NCBI GenBank assembly: GCA_040755455.1
Contig: JBFMAY010000022.1
Location: 1-64,000, forward strand
DNA: 64,000 nucleotides
Source: Thermodesulfobacteriota bacterium
GTDB taxonomy: Bacteria; Desulfobacterota; Desulfobulbia; Desulfobulbales; SURF-16
Direction: 5' to 3'
Shown here: piece after piece, positions 29,052 to 42,197 of the stretch
How positions within the stretch are numbered: position 1 is the stretch's first letter
Layout: each line of letters starts with the position of its first letter
Translations under genes and position numbers: made by a program
The notes under the pieces: model-generated
Told to the model about the DNA's origin: nothing
The model's input: only the letters and a program-made list of their open reading frames with translations
Database searches by the model: none

Positions 29052-29975
29052 ATGAAACACGCGAAGAAATTTTACATGACCACCGCCCTGGTTCTCGCCC
29101 TGGCGTTTACCGGTTGCAATCAGAATGAGAAGAAGGCGGAAACCACCGCTCCGGAAACCCCGGCCGCGGCGGTAGCGACCCAGGAGAGCAAGGATGCCGC
29201 AGCGCCGGCCCAGGCAACCGCCGAGGCCTCGGTTCCCGCCGCTGCCGCGCAGCCGGCGGCAGGGGAGGCCGCCCAGGGTGACACCTTGTCCGGCACCGTT
29301 GCCGAGACCTTTGACAGCGGCGGCTATACCTATATTCAGCTTGATCGGGGCAGTGACAAGGTCTGGGCCGCCATCGGCCAGACGAAAGTGGCGGTCGGCG
29401 ACAAGATCAGCCTGCTCAACGGCCCGGTGATGCGTGATTTTCACAGCAAGAGTCTTGACCGCACCTTCCCGGAAATTATTTTTTCTTCCGGTATAGCAGG
29501 AGCAAAGGCTGATCCCCATGCAGGAGCCGCGGCGAATTTTTCCACGGCAATGCAGGGTGAGGGAGGGGCGGCCATGCCTCCTGCGGCAATGGGAATGGGT
29601 GCCGAGGAAGCCAGCGGCGGCAGCGTCAAGGCCATCACTCCGCTGCAGGAAATCAAGGTGGAGAAGGCTGAAGGGGAAAATGGCTATCAGGTGGGACAGC
29701 TGTTTGCCTCGGCTGCTGATCTGGCTGGCAAAAAGGTAAAAGTCCGCGGCAAGGTGGTGAAGGTATCACCGGGGATCATGGGCCGCACCTGGATTCATCT
29801 GCAGGATGGCACCGGGGATCCGAAGAGCAACACCCATGATCTGGTTGTTACCTCCGCCGATGTGCCGGAGCTGAATTCCATAGTGGTTATTGAGGGAGAT
29901 CTGGCCAAGGACAAGGATTTCGGCGCAGGTTACTTCTATAATGTTATTGTTGAAGGGGCTACCGTCAGCAAGTAG
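29052..29975 (+). CDS. Lipoprotein with two OB-fold-like domains (NrfJ-related type)
   Basis: Lipobox FTGC, Ala/Pro linker, GTVAETFDSGGYTY..WAA domain, second domain VRGKVVKVSPGIMGRTWIHLQDG..KDFGAGY. Confidence 0.7.
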   Translation: MKHAKKFYMTTALVLALAFTGCNQNEKKAETTAPETPAAAVATQESKDAAAPAQATAEASVPAAAAQPAAGEAAQGDTLSGTVAETFDSGGYTYIQLDRGSDKVWAAIGQTKVAVGDKISLLNGPVMRDFHSKSLDRTFPEIIFSSGIAGAKADPHAGAAANFSTAMQGEGGAAMPPAAMGMGAEEASGGSVKAITPLQEIKVEKAEGENGYQVGQLFASAADLAGKKVKVRGKVVKVSPGIMGRTWIHLQDGTGDPKSNTHDLVVTSADVPELNSIVVIEGDLAKDKDFGAGYFYNVIVEGATVSK

Positions 29976-29987
29976 CATGCTGCTGCC

Positions 29988-30947
29988 ATGAAAACAGTCA
30001 TCATCGGCCCCGGCGCGCTCGGCTCTCTCTTTGCCGCAGCGCTTGCCGGCCGGGATGATAATGAGGTGTGGCTGCTCGACCGCGATCCGGAGCGGGCGGC
30101 CCGCATAAACGGGAAACTCCTGCTGACCGCAGGTGAGCAGGAGTTTTGCCGTATGGTCTCCGCCACCGCCGACGCGGCCCGTATTGGCCCCGCCGCCCTT
30201 GTCCTGCTCTGCGTCAAATCCCGTGACGTGGCGGCAGCCATCACCGCCGCTTACCCCCTTTTTACCCCGTCCACCATTTTCATCACCCTGCAGAACGGCA
30301 TCAGCCACCTCGCTACCCTGTCCCGGATGCGGTTGCCCGTGCCGCCTGCCTTTGGGGTCACGGCCATGGGCGCCACCCTCCAGGCTCCTGGCCATGTCTG
30401 CCATGGCGGCCGGGGGCTGACCCGGATAGGCTTTATCGCCAGGGTGGACCGGGAAAAGGAGCAAAGCCTGGAAGAGGTCGCGGCCCTGTTCCGGCAGGCA
30501 GACATGCCGACGGAACGGGTGGACAATATCCTTGAATTTGTCTGGGCCAAGCTGCTGGTCAACGTGGGAATCAATGCCCTGACCGTGCTGTATGACTGTC
30601 CGAACGGCGGGTTGCTGGCCAATGCCGAGGCCCGGCAAAAGTTGGTTGCCGCTGTGCAGGAGGGTCATGCCGTAGCCCGCGCCTTAGGGATCAATGTGCC
30701 CGCTGATCCGGTCAGCCAGACGCTTACGGTCTGCGAGGCCACGGCGAAAAATATTTCCTCCATGCTGCAGGATGTGCGGCGGCGCAGGCCCACGGAGATC
30801 GGCGCCATCAACGGTGCCCTGCTTGATAAGGCTCGAGAACTCGGCATCGAGGCGCCGGTCAACCGCGAGCTGGTCCGCAGGGTCAGAAGGATAGAAGACG
30901 GATATCTCCGGACAATACCTCGTGGGTCAGGCCCTGATCATCTCTGA
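29988..30947 (+). CDS. panE: 2-dehydropantoate 2-reductase
   Basis: IIGPGALG, LCVKS, LQNGI, WAKLLVNVGINALT, SSMLQD, TEIGAING. Confidence 0.95.
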   Translation: MKTVIIGPGALGSLFAAALAGRDDNEVWLLDRDPERAARINGKLLLTAGEQEFCRMVSATADAARIGPAALVLLCVKSRDVAAAITAAYPLFTPSTIFITLQNGISHLATLSRMRLPVPPAFGVTAMGATLQAPGHVCHGGRGLTRIGFIARVDREKEQSLEEVAALFRQADMPTERVDNILEFVWAKLLVNVGINALTVLYDCPNGGLLANAEARQKLVAAVQEGHAVARALGINVPADPVSQTLTVCEATAKNISSMLQDVRRRRPTEIGAINGALLDKARELGIEAPVNRELVRRVRRIEDGYLRTIPRGSGPDHL

Positions 30948-31695
30948 TATGCAGCCTGCCTTCACTGTCCGGACCAAGCGATATGCCGGTTACCGCCTGG
31001 CGGCCGGTGGTGACCCAGGTAAGACGCCTGCCCCTGGTGGCATCCGAGGTGCGCCATTCAGCCAGAATGGCGGCAAAATCACCGGTTTCCATCCGTTCTA
31101 TGATGGTGTCAATGGCGGCCAGGATGTTTTTCAGCAGGGTGGTGCGGCAGATCGGCTCCCGGCTGTGCTGACAAAGCGAGGTGACCTTGTCCCGCAACTC
31201 TTGCGGAAAGCCGGCAGGCGGGGTGGAGACGTTGACGCCGATGCCAAGCACGACCAAGGGAGGCAGGTCTTTGCCGAATTCGCTTTCCGTCAGAATCCCG
31301 CCGCACTTTTTTCCGTCGATAAGCAGATCGTTGGGCCATTTAATCATCGGCGCGGGACGACAGACCGGCCGGACGGCCCGGCACAGCGCGACACCCGCGG
31401 CCAGGGTGATTTTCGGCAGATCGGCCGGATCAAGGGCTGGCCGCATGAGCAGTGAAAAGTACAGACCGCCGCCGGCGGGTGAGAGCCACGTCTTGCCCAG
31501 CCGTCCCCGTCCGCCGGTCTGGCTGCGGGCAATGACCACGGTGCCGGATGGCGCGCCGCCGCGGCCCAGCTCCAGGGCATCACTGTTGGTCGATACGGTC
31601 TCGCCACGCATGATGAGCGGGTGGCCGGCTAATGCGGGGCATTTGGCCAATTCATGCCAGAAGGGATCTGCGGCAAAAGGAGTGGCGGACATCAT
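30883..31695 (-). CDS. birA: Biotin--[acetyl-CoA-carboxylase] ligase, no HTH domain
   Basis: STN, QTGGRGRLGKTW, IKWPND, KKCGGILTE, LGIGVNV. Confidence 0.95.
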   Translation of the reverse strand: MMSATPFAADPFWHELAKCPALAGHPLIMRGETVSTNSDALELGRGGAPSGTVVIARSQTGGRGRLGKTWLSPAGGGLYFSLLMRPALDPADLPKITLAAGVALCRAVRPVCRPAPMIKWPNDLLIDGKKCGGILTESEFGKDLPPLVVLGIGVNVSTPPAGFPQELRDKVTSLCQHSREPICRTTLLKNILAAIDTIIERMETGDFAAILAEWRTSDATRGRRLTWVTTGRQAVTGISLGPDSEGRLHIRDDQGLTHEVLSGDIRLLSF

Positions 31696-31851
31696 GGCAT
31701 GATTGTAACGCAAAGTCATGAACAGGCAAGTCATAAGTTTTAAATTTTCCGGCAGACGCAAAGTGTGATGAAAAAAAAGTTTATTTTGTTACAATGCAAC
31801 TGCGTCTGAGGGAAACAAAAATCGAGTGAATTTCACACCAAGGAGAACGTC

Positions 31852-32046
31852 ATGCCCTATGTCAATATTCGCGTGGCCGGCACACTGAGCCGGGAACAGA
31901 AAGCAAAAATCTGCCGGGGAGTGACCGATGTGATTGCGGAGGTGGCCAATAAGCCGAAGAGTTCCATCCTGATCTTTATTGATGAGCTGCCCCATGAGAG
32001 CATTGCCAGCGGCGGAGAACTGTTGCAGAAACCGGCGGGCAAGTAA
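31852..32046 (+). CDS. 4-oxalocrotonate tautomerase family protein
   Basis: 64 aa, catalytic Pro after Met (MPYVNI), EQK, GG near the C-terminus; AGGAG RBS. Confidence 0.9.
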   Translation: MPYVNIRVAGTLSREQKAKICRGVTDVIAEVANKPKSSILIFIDELPHESIASGGELLQKPAGK

Positions 32047-32050
32047 GTAA

Positions 32051-34060
<2,010 letters not shown>

Positions 34061-34075
34061 AGCAGGCAGGTGGTC

Positions 34076-34357
34076 ATGGCACAAAAAACCATACGGGCCG
34101 TTGTTGCCGGCCGGGTGCAGGGGGTTTGCTTCCGGGCCTATACCCAGGAAGCGGCGTTACGCTACGGGGTAAAAGGGTGGGTGCGCAACCTGCCTGATGG
34201 TTCCGTGGAGGCGCTGGTTTGCGGGGAGGCGGACCAGGTTGATCGCATGATTGCCTGGCTGCATCAGGGCTCACCCATGTCCTGGGTCAGCGGGGTGACG
34301 CTGGAGGAGATGGAGCCGGGCGAGCAGTTTGCCGATTTTGCCATCCGCTACAGGTGA
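34076..34357 (+). CDS. acyP: Acylphosphatase
   Basis: [26 protein letters not shown]. Confidence 0.95.
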   Translation: MAQKTIRAVVAGRVQGVCFRAYTQEAALRYGVKGWVRNLPDGSVEALVCGEADQVDRMIAWLHQGSPMSWVSGVTLEEMEPGEQFADFAIRYR

Positions 34358-34398
34358 GGGCCGCAGAGGCTGGCCCCTTTTTCACCACCCTGTACCGC

Positions 34399-36486
34399 TT
34401 ACCTGGGGAATGCAGCCATGATGCCGCCGTCCACTGGCAGGGTGGCGCCGGTGGTGGGGGTCTGATTGGCGGCAAAAAACACCACGGCGTTGCCCACATG
34501 GTCGGCCAGCACCTCGGTTTTCAGCAGGTTGCGCTGCCGGTAATACTCTTTGAGGCCCGCCGGGTTCAGGTTGCGCGCCTTCATGCGGTCCGGTCCCACC
34601 ACGTCCCACAGACCAGATGATATCCCGGCGTCATCAAAAATCGCGTCGGCATTGATCATGTTCACCCGCACCTTGAGCGGGGCCAGCTCAAGGGCGGCAA
34701 TCTTGCCGAGCTGATGGGCCCCGGCCTTGGAGGCGCTGTAGGCGCCGAAGGCCTCGCCCGGGGCAAAGACATTTTTTGAGCTGTTGATGATGATGTTGCC
34801 GCCGCAGGCCTGGCGGGTGAAGATCGGCACGGCTGCCTTGATGACCTGGAAAACCCCCATGAGATTGACATCAAGCACCTGGTAAAAGGTTTTTTCATCC
34901 AGGTCCTGGAGCCGCGCCACATGGGCGATGCCGGCATTGGGCACCAGGATGTCAAGGCCGCCGGCCTCGCGGGTCAGCCGGGAGAAGCACTCCCGCACCG
35001 AGCGGCTGTCCGCCACATCCATCACCAGCGATGCAACCATGGAGGCGTCGAATTTTTCGGCCAACATATCCCGCACCTTTTCCAGCCTCTGCTGGTTGAT
35101 GTCGGTGAGAAAGACCCTGGCGCCGGCGGCCAGGAGTTTTCTGCCGATGCCGCAGGCAATGGCGCCGCCGCCACCGGTGACCAGAGCGATTTTGCCGGCC
35201 AGCATGGGCTTTTTGCCTTTGCCCAGCTTGGCCTGCTCCAAGCTCCAGTATTCCATGTCAAAGATGGATGATTCGTCAAGCTCCCGGTAAGGGGCCACAG
35301 CAGCCCCGCTCATTTTGGCGGCAAGGGTATGCTCGGCAATGTCGGCGGCAATCATGGCCGCCCGCGGGGTTTCCCCGGCGGTGACCAGCCCCAGGCCCCG
35401 CACCAGCATCACCCGGGGTTTGGGGTCAAGTTTGGTGCGTTCCACCTTTTTTTCGGCCAGCTGCCGGTGAAAATAGGCGTCGTACCGCTCTGTATAGGCG
35501 GCAAAGGCTTGGGTAATGCGGCGGGCCATCGCCTGTTCCGCATCGTCATGGCTGAAATCGAGCCAAAGAGGATAATTCTTGGTGCGGATAACATGGTCAG
35601 GGGTGAGCACGCCGCTGACCAGCAGTTGGCGGGCGTCGGCCCGGTCCAGGGCGGTACGGATCTTTTCGCTCTGCCGTAAATGCAGATGAAAGGTCTGCCC
35701 GTTATCATCGGCATGGCTCATGGCCCCCCGGATGAGCGGCAGGATGATGTCGGTATCCGGGCAGGAGGCGCTGGGGGCGGCGACAGGCGTTTTGGTGCGG
35801 TTCTGTTCCGCTAGAAACCTCTCTGCCCGGCTGACATAGTCGATCATCAGGTCGTAGGCGGTTTTCGCCTCATCGGCAAAGGTGAAAATGCCGTGGTTTT
35901 GCAGGATGATGCAGTTTATATTCGGATTTTTTTCATAGAGATCGGCCACGGCCAGGGCCAGGGGGAATCCCGGCATGATAAAGGGCAGGATGCCGATACC
36001 CTCTCCCAGCACATGTCTGAGCAGCGGCTCGCAGTCAGCCGTATTGGTCAGGGTAACGATGGCGTCGGCATGGGTGTGATCGATAAAGGTGTGGGGCAGA
36101 AAGGCATGCACCAGGGTTTCGATGGACGGATTGGGTGATGCGGCATTGACCAGGTGGGTGCGGAACTGGTTGACCATCTCCTCGTCGCTGAGACTGTCAA
36201 GCCGCCGCAGTTTGCGCAGGTATGCCAGATCAAGGCCGGGGAAGCCCTGGGGTTCGATGGCGCCCAGGTCCCAGCCGCTGCCCTTGACATAGAGGATATC
36301 CTTTTTTTCGCCGAGAAGGTCGGTTACTTGGCATTTGACCGAGGTGTTGCCTCCTCCGTGCAGAACAAGATCGGCCTCGCTGCCGATGAGCCGCGAGGTA
36401 TAGACCCGCAGGCAGAGAGCCGCGGACTGGTCAGGATAGGCGTTGAGAAAGCGCTGCGCCTGGTTGCTGTCATAGTGGTTTTTCAT
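34399..36486 (-). CDS. Bifunctional class II aldolase / short-chain dehydrogenase
   Basis: LVLHGGGNTSVK, VKGSG, PSIETLVHA, HTHAD, TPDHVIRTK, EYWSLEQAKL; SDR TGGGGAIA, NAG, YSASK. Confidence 0.92.
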   Translation of the reverse strand: MKNHYDSNQAQRFLNAYPDQSAALCLRVYTSRLIGSEADLVLHGGGNTSVKCQVTDLLGEKKDILYVKGSGWDLGAIEPQGFPGLDLAYLRKLRRLDSLSDEEMVNQFRTHLVNAASPNPSIETLVHAFLPHTFIDHTHADAIVTLTNTADCEPLLRHVLGEGIGILPFIMPGFPLALAVADLYEKNPNINCIILQNHGIFTFADEAKTAYDLMIDYVSRAERFLAEQNRTKTPVAAPSASCPDTDIILPLIRGAMSHADDNGQTFHLHLRQSEKIRTALDRADARQLLVSGVLTPDHVIRTKNYPLWLDFSHDDAEQAMARRITQAFAAYTERYDAYFHRQLAEKKVERTKLDPKPRVMLVRGLGLVTAGETPRAAMIAADIAEHTLAAKMSGAAVAPYRELDESSIFDMEYWSLEQAKLGKGKKPMLAGKIALVTGGGGAIACGIGRKLLAAGARVFLTDINQQRLEKVRDMLAEKFDASMVASLVMDVADSRSVRECFSRLTREAGGLDILVPNAGIAHVARLQDLDEKTFYQVLDVNLMGVFQVIKAAVPIFTRQACGGNIIINSSKNVFAPGEAFGAYSASKAGAHQLGKIAALELAPLKVRVNMINADAIFDDAGISSGLWDVVGPDRMKARNLNPAGLKEYYRQRNLLKTEVLADHVGNAVVFFAANQTPTTGATLPVDGGIMAAFPR

Positions 36487-36530
36487 GCATTGTCCTTTTG
36501 GCAAACGGTTCCGTTCCGGGCCTGTTTGTC

Positions 36531-37259
36531 TCAACTGGTCTGAGGAAGCTGAAAGCCGTCTTTATGGAGAGGGAAGGCGTCTTCGGCAAGCATTTTCAGT
36601 TCTTTCTTGATCTGGGGCAGCGGCACAAGCGGCGGGATGGGCGGTATTTCAAGGCTAACCTGCACCGGGGGGGTGACCCGCATTTTCCGGTCAATGTATT
36701 CGGAAAAACCGGTGTCAATGGGGCCTTCCATGCTGCCGCCCGTCTCGACGGACTCCATTGCCCGCAGGAATCCCATGATGGAGCTGATATCGTTTTGCCG
36801 GTAAAAAATTTTGATTTCCTCTTCAATGGTTTCCTGGCTGTCGACAAGTTCGGCATATTTTTCCCGGTACTCGGCCACGTCCTGGGTCAGCTGCTCATAG
36901 GTCTCCATGAACAGGCGTTTAAAACGACCGGAGGCGGTGAGGCCCCATGTTTTCACGCCGGCAAAGATCCGGGAACGCAAGGTTGGCGAGGTCAGGATAT
37001 AAGGGTCGTAATAAAATCGTTCTTCAAGCCCGGTGAGTTCGAGAAACCGGTGGATCAATTTCTCATCCTGCAGCATGATGTAGATCCGGTTCAGATCAAA
37101 AACGATCCTTTGTCCCATGGTGCGGGTGTAGTGGTAGATGTCTTTTTCCAGATGGGCCTTGTCCTCTTCAATGAGCTTGCGGAATCCGAAGTAACGGTCG
37201 GCTAGTTCCTTTTTGATCTCATAGTTGAGAAATTGGGAAATGTCGGAAGTCATTGCCAT
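36531..37259 (-). CDS. Hypothetical protein (helical)
   Basis: 242-aa ORF with AAGGAG RBS; no motif recognised. Confidence 0.8.
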   Translation of the reverse strand: MAMTSDISQFLNYEIKKELADRYFGFRKLIEEDKAHLEKDIYHYTRTMGQRIVFDLNRIYIMLQDEKLIHRFLELTGLEERFYYDPYILTSPTLRSRIFAGVKTWGLTASGRFKRLFMETYEQLTQDVAEYREKYAELVDSQETIEEEIKIFYRQNDISSIMGFLRAMESVETGGSMEGPIDTGFSEYIDRKMRVTPPVQVSLEIPPIPPLVPLPQIKKELKMLAEDAFPLHKDGFQLPQTS

Positions 37260-37589
37260 TGCTCCTTGGCGAGGATAGGGTATAAAAAGCTATATATAAG
37301 TTTCCGCCATGCCGCCGCAGCCTGGAATCCCTTATGAAAAAGGGATTGGCTGGGATGGCGCTTCCTCCCCGGACTGGATTTTCATGGGTGATCATGGCTG
37401 GGTTAAACTTTTTTTCCTTGACACAAGTGAAGATAAAGTAAAAAGGGTAAAGGGCAAAGCAAAAAAGCGTTTGCCGTTCTTAAAAAGTCTTTTTGTCTGG
37501 AAATTTTTGCCTTATGTGAGGGTCAAGCCCGCAGCGCGCTGGTTGCTCCGGGTGAGGGTCTTTTCCAGGTCACAGTAAAGGAAGGTTCT

Positions 37590-39359
37590 ATGGCAGCATT
37601 GCAGGAGAATTCCGCCCGCCGGGTGAAAGATGCTGTTGATATCATAGAGGTGATAGGTGAGCATGTCCAGCTGCAGAAGGCCGGCGTGCGCTATAAAGGC
37701 CTCTGTCCCTTCCATTCTGAAAAAACCCCGTCTTTCACCGTAAACCGGGAGAGGCAGTTCTACCACTGTTTCGGCTGTAATGAAAGCGGTGATGTTTTGT
37801 CATTTATGATGAAATATCATAATCTGACCTTCCCGGATGCCGTGGCAAGACTGGCAGAGCGTTACGGCGTTGAGCTGGAGGAGGCTAAGCTTTCCCCCGA
37901 GGAGCTGCGGAAGAGCAGGGAGCGGGAAGAGCTGTTCGCGGCCAACAGAGCTGCGGCGGCCATTTTTCACCAATTTCTGCTGGAAAAGCCGGCGGCGGCC
38001 AAGGCCAGGCAATATCTGGAGCAGCGAGGGATGTCCCGGGAAATGATCAGCCGCTTTCAACTCGGCTATGCACCGGACCGGTGGGATTTTCTGGCCCAGG
38101 CTCTGGCTGACGCCGGCGAAGCAGAGCAGGTGGCCGTGGCAGCCGGCCTGCTGGTGCAGAAGGAGAAAGGCGGCGTTTATGATCGTTTCCGTGATCGGGT
38201 GATCTTTCCCATTTTTTCCTTAAACGGGCAGGTTGCCGGCTTCGGCGGACGCATCTTGGGGGACGGCCAGCCAAAATACCTGAATAGCCCGGAGTCGGCG
38301 GTTTTTAATAAAAGTCAGACCCTGTTCGGTCTCTACCACAATAAATCCGCCATCCGAGAGGCCGGTCGCTGTCTGATTGTTGAAGGAAATTTTGATCTTC
38401 TTTCTCTGGTTGCCCATGGTGTGCACTATGTCGCCGCGCCCCTTGGCACGGCCTTGACCGCACAACATGTAAAGATTCTGAAACGATATGCCGAAGAGGC
38501 GGTTGTGATTTTTGACGGGGACCAGGCCGGCTTGAAGGCTGCGATGCGGGCTGTTCCACTTTTTCTGACGGAACAGCTTGATGCCAGGATTGTTGTCCTG
38601 CCCGAGGAGCATGATCCGGACACCTTTGTCACCGCTTTCGGCAAGGAGGCCCTTGAGGAAAAAGTGGCCCAGGCAATGGAGCTGTCCGAGTTTGTTTTCA
38701 GCCGGCTGGTGAAGGAGCATGGCTTGAGTCTGGCGGGGAAAGGCAAAATTGTCAGGGAGCTGCAGCCGTTAATTGCCGCTACCGGCAACCGGACCCTGCA
38801 AAAAAATCTTTTTGTTTCACATTTTAGTGATAAACTTGGGCTGAAAGCGGAGGATCTGCTTGGCCGAGGTGAAGGCATGCATCCTGCCAGGGTCTCCTTG
38901 CCGGCGAAACCTCGCAGACAGGCATTGAAGCTGTCCAGAAAGTTTGAACAGCTGTTGGAGTTTCTGCTCATCTACCCGGAAGCCCTGCCCCATTTTCTCG
39001 AGGCAGGCCTGGATGAGCTTGCCGATATTGAAAATGATTCCGCCCGGGTTATCCTTGATCAATTAAAGGAGTTCGACCTCCACGGCCAGGGGGACGGGGC
39101 TGAGGTGCTTCTCGAAAATCTGCAGGGAGAGGAAAAGGTTCTGGTTGCCCGTCTGCTGATTGAGTCTCCCGCATACGCAGAAGATATGAAGGCGCTGCTT
39201 ATTGACGAACTGACCGCCTGGGTGCGCAAGCAGGCATGGCAGAATCGCAAGTCACGGTTGTTGCGGCGTATCAGTCAGGCCCAGTTGGAAGGGGACGATG
39301 TTTTATTGATGGAGCTTCTGGAAAAGAAAAAAGAAATGGACGAAGTTTCGTATACATAA
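37590..39359 (+). CDS. dnaG: DNA primase
   Basis: [15 protein letters not shown] zinc ribbon, [34 protein letters not shown]. Confidence 0.97.
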   Translation: MAALQENSARRVKDAVDIIEVIGEHVQLQKAGVRYKGLCPFHSEKTPSFTVNRERQFYHCFGCNESGDVLSFMMKYHNLTFPDAVARLAERYGVELEEAKLSPEELRKSREREELFAANRAAAAIFHQFLLEKPAAAKARQYLEQRGMSREMISRFQLGYAPDRWDFLAQALADAGEAEQVAVAAGLLVQKEKGGVYDRFRDRVIFPIFSLNGQVAGFGGRILGDGQPKYLNSPESAVFNKSQTLFGLYHNKSAIREAGRCLIVEGNFDLLSLVAHGVHYVAAPLGTALTAQHVKILKRYAEEAVVIFDGDQAGLKAAMRAVPLFLTEQLDARIVVLPEEHDPDTFVTAFGKEALEEKVAQAMELSEFVFSRLVKEHGLSLAGKGKIVRELQPLIAATGNRTLQKNLFVSHFSDKLGLKAEDLLGRGEGMHPARVSLPAKPRRQALKLSRKFEQLLEFLLIYPEALPHFLEAGLDELADIENDSARVILDQLKEFDLHGQGDGAEVLLENLQGEEKVLVARLLIESPAYAEDMKALLIDELTAWVRKQAWQNRKSRLLRRISQAQLEGDDVLLMELLEKKKEMDEVSYT

Positions 39360-39418
39360 TATGTTGGTATCGTTTTATTCATGATAATGATCTACTTTCC
39401 CCAGCAGGAGTAATTCTT

Positions 39419-41035
<1,617 letters not shown>

Positions 41036-41046
41036 GTCTCGATCCC

Positions 41047-42156
41047 GTGAATGCATTGTTAGACTGGCTGGCCCTTTCTCTGACCCCAGGACTCGGCGTG
41101 AGGAGCTGGAACAAGCTGCTTGCTGTTTTTGGCCATCCCGGAGAGGTTCTTGCGGCGGATCAGAGCCGGATCAGGAAACTGGTGCCGGGCCTCAGGGCGA
41201 ACATCGTTGCCGGCATCAACAGAGAAGGTCTCCGTGCAGCGGCGGAAAAAGAACTGGAACGCGCTGCCGGAGCCGGAATTGAGATTATCGCCCGAAATCA
41301 GGAGGCATACCCGGAGCTCCTGCGTAATATTGATGATCCGCCCATTCTGCTCTATGTCAAAGGGGATGCCGCCCTGCTGCGGAGCGCCTGTATCGGCGTG
41401 GTCGGTGCCAGAGCAGCAAGCCTCTACGGCCAGAGAATTGCCGAAGACCTGTCCAAAAGGCTTTGTCAACGAGGCCTGACTGTGGTAAGTGGTTTGGCTC
41501 TTGGCATTGACACGGCAGCCCACAAGGGTGCTTTGCAGGCAAGCGGTGCCACCCTTGCCGTACTCGGCTGCGGCCTTGATGTGATATATCCCAGCCAGAA
41601 CAGAAGTCTTTACGAGGAAATCGCCTGCCGCGGTGCCCTGGTCAGCGAATACCGACTCGGCGCCTTGCCGGAAGCCTTCCGTTTCCCTGCACGCAACAGA
41701 ATCATAAGCGGTCTGTCGCTTGGTGTTGTGGTTGTTGAAGCGGCCCGCAAATCAGGCTCCCTTATCACGGCAGGATATGCCCTGGAGCAGGGGAGAGAGG
41801 TTTTTGCCGTTCCCGGCCGGATAGATTCCTGCAAGAGTGAAGGGACACACCGGTTGCTGCAGGAGGGGGCGAAGCTTGTCCATACCGTTGATGATATTGT
41901 TGAGGAGATCTCTTTTTCCGCCGCTGTTCATCCTGCTTCTTCTCTTTCCTGGCAGCCGGGTTGTGATCCTGTCGCCTTGACGGAGGAGGAGAGCGGGCTC
42001 TTTGCCTTGCTTGATGTTTACCCGCAGACCATTGATGAAATTACCCGGCAAAGCGGGATGACGGTGCAGAAGGTGAGCGAATTGTTGTTGATGCTTGAAC
42101 TGAAGGGAATGGTTGAGTCCCTGGCGGGGAATCAATACCAGAAGAGGAACACGTAG
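41047..42156 (+). CDS. dprA: DNA-processing protein DprA
   Basis: VVGAR, VVSGLALGIDTAAH, FPARNRIISGLS, EAARKSGSLITA, C-terminal winged helix. Confidence 0.97.
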   Translation: MNALLDWLALSLTPGLGVRSWNKLLAVFGHPGEVLAADQSRIRKLVPGLRANIVAGINREGLRAAAEKELERAAGAGIEIIARNQEAYPELLRNIDDPPILLYVKGDAALLRSACIGVVGARAASLYGQRIAEDLSKRLCQRGLTVVSGLALGIDTAAHKGALQASGATLAVLGCGLDVIYPSQNRSLYEEIACRGALVSEYRLGALPEAFRFPARNRIISGLSLGVVVVEAARKSGSLITAGYALEQGREVFAVPGRIDSCKSEGTHRLLQEGAKLVHTVDDIVEEISFSAAVHPASSLSWQPGCDPVALTEEESGLFALLDVYPQTIDEITRQSGMTVQKVSELLLMLELKGMVESLAGNQYQKRNT

Positions 42157-42197
42157 CATCAGCGTAAAATTTCTTTATTTTTCATTATTAAATACTT

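Noticed and set aside
39236..39418. rpoD start at 39236 as given in the ORF track
   Set aside because: Overlaps dnaG by over 120 bp; a GTG with an AGGAG RBS at 39419 is more plausible.
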